From: an uncultured delta proteobacterium
GTDB taxonomy: Bacteria; Myxococcota; Myxococcia; Myxococcales; Anaeromyxobacteraceae
Reading direction: 5' to 3'
NCBI GenBank assembly: GCA_963814585.1
Contig: CAWFDF010000009.1
Span: forward strand, 32,001 to 96,000
Length of the DNA stretch: 64,000 nucleotides
Part shown: one piece after another, positions 57,380 through 64,000 of the stretch
Layout: each line of letters starts with the position of its first letter
Position numbering within the stretch: position 1 is the stretch's first letter
Position numbers and translations under genes: made by a program
The notes under the pieces: generated by a model
The model's database searches: none
What the model was told of the DNA's origin: nothing
The model's input: only the letters and a program-made list of their open reading frames with translations

Positions 57380-58842
57380 GGCGGTCCCTCCGGCAGGCGG
57401 CGCGGCAGCAGCGCCGCGGCCAGGCCGTAGCGCCAGAAGGTGCCGGCCGGGTCGGGGACGCTCGTCGCCAGCGCCCGCTGGGTGGCCTCGTCGCCCGCGA
57501 AGAGCGAGGCGAAGGCCGAGAGCATGGCGGCGCCGCCGTCGACGACCCCGTCGAGCGGCCCGAAGCAGCCCCGGCAGGGCATGTTGGCCTCGACGCAGCC
57601 GGGCTGGCAGCCTTGCCGGGTGGCCGGCCCGTGGCAGATCAGCCCCTGGGCCAGGAAGCAGGTGGCCTCGTCGGGCTGGGTGGTGGCGAGGCGTGCCAGC
57701 GCGGTGAGCTGCAGCCGCTCCGGGCGGGAGCCGTTGCGCGGGCAGGCGTCGCAGAGCGAGGCGTTGGGCGACAGCACCGCGCCCGGCGGCGGGAGGTCCG
57801 CGCCGGCCAGCAGGCGCTCGATGGCGGCGGCCAGGACGGGGGGCGAAGGGGGGCAGCCGGGGATGACGAAGTCGACGGGCACCGCCGCGCCGAGCGGGAT
57901 GGTCCGGCTGAGCAGGGCCGGCAGGGTCAGGTCGTGGCCGGCGGCGGTGACGGGACGGCCGGGCAGCACCTGCTCGGGGTTGGAGACCGAGGGCTGGTCC
58001 CGGTAGGCGGTGACCAGCAGCTCCTCCGGCTCGGAGAGGTTGCCGAGGCCGACCACGCCGCCGAGGTGGGCGCAGGCGCCGAACGCCACCACGGTCCGCG
58101 CCTTGCGGCGCAGCAGCACCGCCCAGTGGTCCTGCTCGTCGAGCCGGATGGCGCCGTTCACGAAGGCCACGTCGATGTGGCCGTCCGGCAGGGCCTCGAC
58201 GTCGGCCCGCTTGGCGTCGATGGCCACCGGCCAGAGCACGATCTCGACGCGTCCGGCCAGCTCGGCGAAGGCCCCGCCCAGGTCCACCACCGCCTCCTCG
58301 CAGCCGCCGCAGGAGGCGTTCCAGTAGAAGGCCACCCGCGGCTTGCCGGGCGCGCGGGGCGCGGCCGGCGCCTCCTCCAGCTGGTGCAGGCGGGCCCGGG
58401 TGGCGCGCACCGCGTCGTCGACCGAGTCGAGCGCGCGCCGCTGGTAGTCGAGCGGCCCGAGCGCCTCGAGCTCGGCGGTCATCCGCGTCGCCACCTCGGC
58501 GAAGCGCGGCCCCTCGGCGGCCCCCACCCACTCGACGCGCAGGCGCTGGCGGGGGATGTGGGCCTGCTCGAGGGCGCGGCCGAGCAGCGTCAGCCTGGCC
58601 GCCGCCCGCAGGTTGCCGTCGACGTGGTGGCAGTCGCCGGGGTGGCAGCCGCCCACCAGCACGCCGTCGGCCCCCTCGCGGAAGGCCTGCAGCACCATGG
58701 CCGGCTCGACGCGGCCGCTGCAGGGCACGCGCACCGGGAGCAGGGTCTGCGGGTAGTCGTGGTGCGAGCTCCCGGCCTTGTCGGCGGCGGCGTAGGCGCA
58801 CCACTCGCAGAGGAAGGCGACGATGCGGGGGGCGCGGGTCAC
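57376..58842 (-). CDS. mvhD-mvhG: Fused MvhD ([2Fe-2S]) - MvhG (hydrogenase small subunit)
   Basis: FLCEWCAYAAAD, RVPCSGR, GCHPGDCH, then in frame ASCGGCE, AFGACA, IPGCPP, CDACP, CFLAQGLICHGPATRQGC, PCRGCFG. Confidence 0.88.
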   Translation of the reverse strand: MTRAPRIVAFLCEWCAYAAADKAGSSHHDYPQTLLPVRVPCSGRVEPAMVLQAFREGADGVLVGGCHPGDCHHVDGNLRAAARLTLLGRALEQAHIPRQRLRVEWVGAAEGPRFAEVATRMTAELEALGPLDYQRRALDSVDDAVRATRARLHQLEEAPAAPRAPGKPRVAFYWNASCGGCEEAVVDLGGAFAELAGRVEIVLWPVAIDAKRADVEALPDGHIDVAFVNGAIRLDEQDHWAVLLRRKARTVVAFGACAHLGGVVGLGNLSEPEELLVTAYRDQPSVSNPEQVLPGRPVTAAGHDLTLPALLSRTIPLGAAVPVDFVIPGCPPSPPVLAAAIERLLAGADLPPPGAVLSPNASLCDACPRNGSRPERLQLTALARLATTQPDEATCFLAQGLICHGPATRQGCQPGCVEANMPCRGCFGPLDGVVDGGAAMLSAFASLFAGDEATQRALATSVPDPAGTFWRYGLAAALLPRRLPEGPP

Positions 58843-60806
58843 GTCGCCGCCCCGGCCCGGGCGCCGGCCAGCAGCGCCGAGATCTCCGCGGTCAGCTGGG
58901 CCCGGGTGGAGTGGGGCGCGGCCGCCGCGCCGGTGGGGCAGGCGGCGGCGCACCCGCCGCAGGCGTGGCAGTAGGCGGCCTCGACCGTGGCCTTGTGGGT
59001 GGCCGGATCGCGGACCACGGCGTGGTAGGGGCAGGCGGCGGTGCAGGTCCCGCAGCCGCCGCAGAGGACCGGGTCGATCTCGGCGGCCAGCGCCGTCAGC
59101 TCGCGCCGCTCGCCCGGCACCAGCGTGGCCAGCACGCGCCCCGCGGCGGCGGCGCCGTCCCGGATGGACTCGCGGATGGAGCGCGGGCCGGCGGCGGCGC
59201 CGGCGACGAACACCCCCGCCACCCGCGTGGCCGTCGGCTCGAACGGGTTGGCCGACCCCTCGGCCAGGAAGCCGCGCGGGTCGCGGTCCAGCCGCAGCAG
59301 CGCCGCCAGCGCCTCGGCTCCCTCCGCCGGCGTCGAGGCGGCGTGGAGGACCACCAGGTCGAAGGCCCGCGACGTCTCCAGCGGCCCGAGCGCGAGCCGG
59401 ACCGAGACCGCCTCGCCGGCCGGAGCCAGCCCGCCCGGCCGCAGCTCCTCGTCGAGCAGGAGGACGCCCTCCCCGGCCGCGGCCAGGGCCTCGGCGGCGA
59501 GCCCGGGCGTGCGCCCCAGGCCGCCCGCCACCGCCACCGCCAGCCCGGGCCAGCGCCGCCGCAGCCCGCGCGCCAGCTTGAGCAGCTCGCGGGACGGCAG
59601 CGCGCCGTCGCGGTCGCCGGCCGTCGAGGCCAGCAGCACCGAGCTCGGCTCCGGCCGGCCGGCCAGGGTGAGCCGGCCGCCGGTGGGGCCGCCCGGGTGG
59701 AGCAGGCGCTCCAGCTGCCAGGTGGAGATGACGCCGGGAGGACCGGCCACCTCGCCGGGGCGGAACCCGGTCGCCAGCACCAGGGCGCCGGCGGTGAGCC
59801 TTCGCTCCTCGGGCCTGGCGTCGAGCCGGATGGCGTCGAAGCCGCAGGCCGCCAGGCAGGCGTCGCAGCTGCCGTCGCGGTGGTGCAGGCAGGCCGCCGC
59901 GTCGAGCACGGCCAGGTGGGGCAGCGAGCCGGCGTAGGCGGCGCCGATGGCCCGCCGGGACCCGAGGCCGGCCGCCCACGGGTCCGGCACCTCGACCGGG
60001 CAGCGCAGGCTGCACTCGCCGCAGCCGATGCACCGCTGCGGGTCGACGAACCTGGGGGCCAGCGCCGCCGTCACCTCGAAGGCGCCGGGCGTGCCGCGCA
60101 CCCGCGTCACCGTGGCGCCGGTGAGCAGCTCGATCCGATCGTGGTGGAGCACCTCGTCGAGCGCCGGCTCCATGAAGCAGGAGGCGCAGACGTGGTCGGG
60201 GAAGATCTCGTCGAGCTGCGCGGCCAGCCCGCCCAGCGCCGGCGACCGCTCCACCAGCAGCACCCGGCGGTCCTTCCTCGCCAGCGTCAGCGCCGCCGCC
60301 ACGCCGGCCGCGCCGCCGCCCACCACCACCACGTCGGCGACCACGTCGACCTCGCGCCGCGCCCGGGGCTGGTGGCGGGCCACGCGGGCCAGCCCGGCCC
60401 GCACCAGCCGCTCGGCGCGCGCCGTGGCCGCCTCGGCCGCGCCGCCGATCCACTCCACCTGCTCGCGCAGGTTGACCAGCTGCAGGAGGTACGGGTTTCG
60501 CCCGGCCCGGGCCATCACGGCGCGGAAGGTGAGCTCGTGCTCGCGCGGGGAGCAGGCGGCGACCACCAGCCGGTCGAGCCGCTCCCGCCGAAGCCAGTCG
60601 GCCAGCCAGTCCTGGCCCTCCGCCGAGCAGAGGATCGGCTGGGTGGTCACCGCCGCCGCCTCGGGCCAGTGGGCCGCCGCCTCGAGCGGGCCGAGCTCGA
60701 TCAGGTTGAAGAGGTTGGGGCCGCAGCGGCAGAGGACCAGGCCGATCCGGCCGGTCTCCGGTTCGGGCGGGGCCGCGGCGGGTCCGGGCGGTGGCGGCGC
60801 GGTCAC
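58839..60806 (-). CDS. hdrA: Heterodisulfide reductase subunit A-like flavoprotein (divergent)
   Basis: LCRCG, VAACSPREHE, NLREQ, VGGGAAG, inserted ferredoxin CIGCGECSLRCP, ATGF, ERLL..GGPTGG, DLVVL, GVFVAG, C-terminal 2x CxxCxxCxxxCP. Confidence 0.88.
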   Translation of the reverse strand: MTAPPPPGPAAAPPEPETGRIGLVLCRCGPNLFNLIELGPLEAAAHWPEAAAVTTQPILCSAEGQDWLADWLRRERLDRLVVAACSPREHELTFRAVMARAGRNPYLLQLVNLREQVEWIGGAAEAATARAERLVRAGLARVARHQPRARREVDVVADVVVVGGGAAGVAAALTLARKDRRVLLVERSPALGGLAAQLDEIFPDHVCASCFMEPALDEVLHHDRIELLTGATVTRVRGTPGAFEVTAALAPRFVDPQRCIGCGECSLRCPVEVPDPWAAGLGSRRAIGAAYAGSLPHLAVLDAAACLHHRDGSCDACLAACGFDAIRLDARPEERRLTAGALVLATGFRPGEVAGPPGVISTWQLERLLHPGGPTGGRLTLAGRPEPSSVLLASTAGDRDGALPSRELLKLARGLRRRWPGLAVAVAGGLGRTPGLAAEALAAAGEGVLLLDEELRPGGLAPAGEAVSVRLALGPLETSRAFDLVVLHAASTPAEGAEALAALLRLDRDPRGFLAEGSANPFEPTATRVAGVFVAGAAAGPRSIRESIRDGAAAAGRVLATLVPGERRELTALAAEIDPVLCGGCGTCTAACPYHAVVRDPATHKATVEAAYCHACGGCAAACPTGAAAAPHSTRAQLTAEISALLAGARAGAAT

Positions 60807-60810
60807 ACCA

Positions 60811-61032
60811 TCAGTACTGGATGAGGATGACGGTCCTGGCGCCGTCGGCGCGGACGGCCAGCATGGTCCTGCGGCGGCGCTCGCAGAAGGTCCGGATGTC
60901 CTTCTCGAAGGTGGGGCAGTCCCCGGTGATCTCGACCACGGTGCCGGACCGGGTCTCGGCAGTCTCCACGGCGAGCTTCAGGACCGGCTGGGGGCAGCGC
61001 ATGCCGGTGCAGTCGATCTTCAGCACGTCCAT
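60811..61032 (-). CDS. tusA: TusA-family sulfur carrier protein (73 aa)
   Basis: IDCTGMRCPQP motif, DCPTFEKDIRTFC. Confidence 0.88.
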   Translation of the reverse strand: MDVLKIDCTGMRCPQPVLKLAVETAETRSGTVVEITGDCPTFEKDIRTFCERRRRTMLAVRADGARTVILIQY

Positions 61033-61097
61033 GGCCAAGGTGGTTCGCCTCCTGGAGGTCTGGGAGGCCCGGGGGGAGGCGACCCACACCAGGCCTG

Positions 61098-61127
61098 ACC
61101 TTACCGGAGCGGATCCGGGCGAGTCAA
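61098..61127 (-). promoter_or_regulatory. Sigma70-type promoter of the tusA-hdrA-mvh operon
   Basis: TTGACT (61127-61122)-N18-TAAGGT (61103-61098), T-tract upstream. Confidence 0.7.
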
Positions 61128-61172
61128 AAAAGGGACACCTGCGCGCTTCGCTTCGGATTCCGGGGACTTGGG

Positions 61173-61631
61173 TCAGTCCGCCACGTCCTCGGCCAGGATG
61201 AGCCGGTAGATCTCCTCGGACGAGGGCGCCGCCAGGATGGCCTCCCGGAAGGCGGCCACCCGGAAGATCCGGCTCACACGGGAGAGCGCCTTGAGGTGCG
61301 CCCCGGCGGAGTTCTCCGGCGCGAAGAGGGCGAAGAAGATCCGGGCCGGCTTGCCGTCGGCGGCCCGGTACTCGATCCCCTCCCGCGAGCGGCCCACGGT
61401 GGCCACCAGCGCCGGCAGCCCGGGCCACTTGCCGTGCGGGATGGCGACGCCGTCCCCGACGCCGGTCGACCCGAGCTTCTCGCGGTCGAGCAGCACCTGG
61501 ACCAGGCGCGCGGCGTCCAGCCCGTTGACCTGCGCCACCGGCCGGCACAGCTCGGCCAGCACCTCGGCGGCGGTGCGGCCCTGCAAGTCGGCCAGCACCG
61601 CCTGCGGCTGGAGGAAGTCCTGGATCTTCAC
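61173..61631 (-). CDS. ptsN: PTS EIIA(Ntr)
   Basis: REKLGSTGVGDGVAIPHGK, HLKALSRVSR; downstream of rpoN-hpf. Confidence 0.9.
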   Translation of the reverse strand: MKIQDFLQPQAVLADLQGRTAAEVLAELCRPVAQVNGLDAARLVQVLLDREKLGSTGVGDGVAIPHGKWPGLPALVATVGRSREGIEYRAADGKPARIFFALFAPENSAGAHLKALSRVSRIFRVAAFREAILAAPSSEEIYRLILAEDVAD

Positions 61632-61670
61632 CCTGAGCTCGTCCTTTCGCCCGGCGGCGAGACCCTCGCG

Positions 61671-62219
61671 CTAGGAGGTGCGCGCCTCGATCAGGCCGAG
61701 GCTGCCGTCCTCCCTCCGGTAGAGGACGTTGATGGCACGATCCGCGGCATTCTGGAAGACGAAGAACTGGCTCCCCAGCAGGTCGAGCTGGAGGATGGCG
61801 TCGTCCACCGACATCTGCTTGGCCTGGAAGACCCGGCTCTTGGCCACCCGGTGGCTGGGCTTCTCCGGGTGCTCGATGATGTCGATGACGTCGTGGCGCA
61901 CCTCGACCGGCGCCGGCTCGACGTGCCCCGACTTGTGGTCCTGCAGCTTGGCCTTGTGCTTCTTGAGCTGCCGCTCGATCTTGTCGGCCGCCTCGTCGAT
62001 GGAGGCGTACATGTCCTTGGTCTTGGCGGTGCCGCGGAGCAGGAACCGCCCCGCCTTCACCGTCAGCTCGGCGTGGTGGGCCAGGTTCTCGACGTGGAGC
62101 ACGGCGTGGGCCTCGGAGGGCCGATCGATGAAGCGCTGGACGTGCTCGACCCTTCCCTTGACGTGCGACTTGAGCGCTTCGGTGGGCTCCAGGTGCCGGA
62201 ACGTGATGTTCACCTGCAT
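61671..62219 (-). CDS. hpf: Long-form ribosome hibernation promoting factor
   Basis: MQVNITFRH, DMYASID, KIERQLKKHK, C-terminal MSVDDAILQL...NVLYRREDG. Confidence 0.95.
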   Translation of the reverse strand: MQVNITFRHLEPTEALKSHVKGRVEHVQRFIDRPSEAHAVLHVENLAHHAELTVKAGRFLLRGTAKTKDMYASIDEAADKIERQLKKHKAKLQDHKSGHVEPAPVEVRHDVIDIIEHPEKPSHRVAKSRVFQAKQMSVDDAILQLDLLGSQFFVFQNAADRAINVLYRREDGSLGLIEARTS

Positions 62220-62255
62220 GGACCGCCTCCTCTGTGGGTGCGCTGGGCGTGCTGC

Positions 62256-62353
62256 CGACATGCTTCGGCCGCGAGCCTCGCGCTCAGCGGAGCGTGGAGG
62301 ACATCGCGGCCGTGGTTGCTGCCAGCTGCCAGCATGTCGAGGAAATGATAGCA
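62256..62353 (-). promoter_or_regulatory. Extended -10 promoter and structured leader of hpf
   Basis: TGCTATCAT (62353-62345) followed by a nested hairpin at 62339-62256. Confidence 0.55.
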
Positions 62354-62450
62354 GGGCGGCCGGCGGCAGCACGCGGATCCGGACGACTTTCTCAGGGCCG
62401 ATCCGGCGGTCGCAGGGGGCGCGGCCGTACGCCGCGCCAACCACCCGGAT

Positions 62451-63962
<1,512 letters not shown>

Positions 63963-64000
63963 GCCGATCCTCGGGCCCCGGCCGGCGTCTCGTCGAGCCG

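Noticed and set aside
58843..60453. N-terminal 536 aa of the 1025-aa ORF ahead of MvhD
   Set aside because: Off-frame overlap with hdrA; the real start is GTG 58842 overlapping the hdrA stop.
55894..60806. Selenocysteine recoding in Mvh/Hdr
   Set aside because: No in-frame TGA at Cys positions; DPCxxC and the MvhD motifs use Cys codons.

Overview
Very GC-rich bacterial chromosomal window. Gene content and codon style suggest an Anaeromyxobacter-like member of Myxococcota (inference). Left to right it holds: the 3' part of a cyclic beta-1,2-glucan synthase/GH94 phosphorylase; MarR; a cold-shock protein; an ECF sigma factor fused to a zinc-finger anti-sigma domain; a large acyl-CoA/anaerobic metabolism region (two acyl-CoA dehydrogenases, FabH, 2-oxoacid:ferredoxin oxidoreductase, 3-hydroxyacyl-CoA dehydrogenase, a 2-hydroxyacyl-CoA dehydratase/benzoyl-CoA reductase-like pair plus activase, FadH); HAD, DksA-like, LemA/HtpX, ABC-F, hybrid kinase, RsmB-like, ilvD, M64 peptidase, GMP reductase and a porin; a YIP1-TolC-MacAB-type exporter operon with lepB; an IS481 element inside a cluster of perfect palindromes; a tusA-hdrA-mvhD/G(fused)-mvhA-maturation protease operon without hdrBC; and ptsN-hpf-rpoN. 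About ten single-base frameshifts split otherwise intact genes and are probably long-read indel errors. The best candidate for an undescribed system is the TusA-led group 3c hydrogenase/HdrA operon. Its HdrA has lost the central cysteine cluster motif, and its leader folds over the ribosome-binding site. All protein family calls come from motif recognition by eye; no database searches were run.
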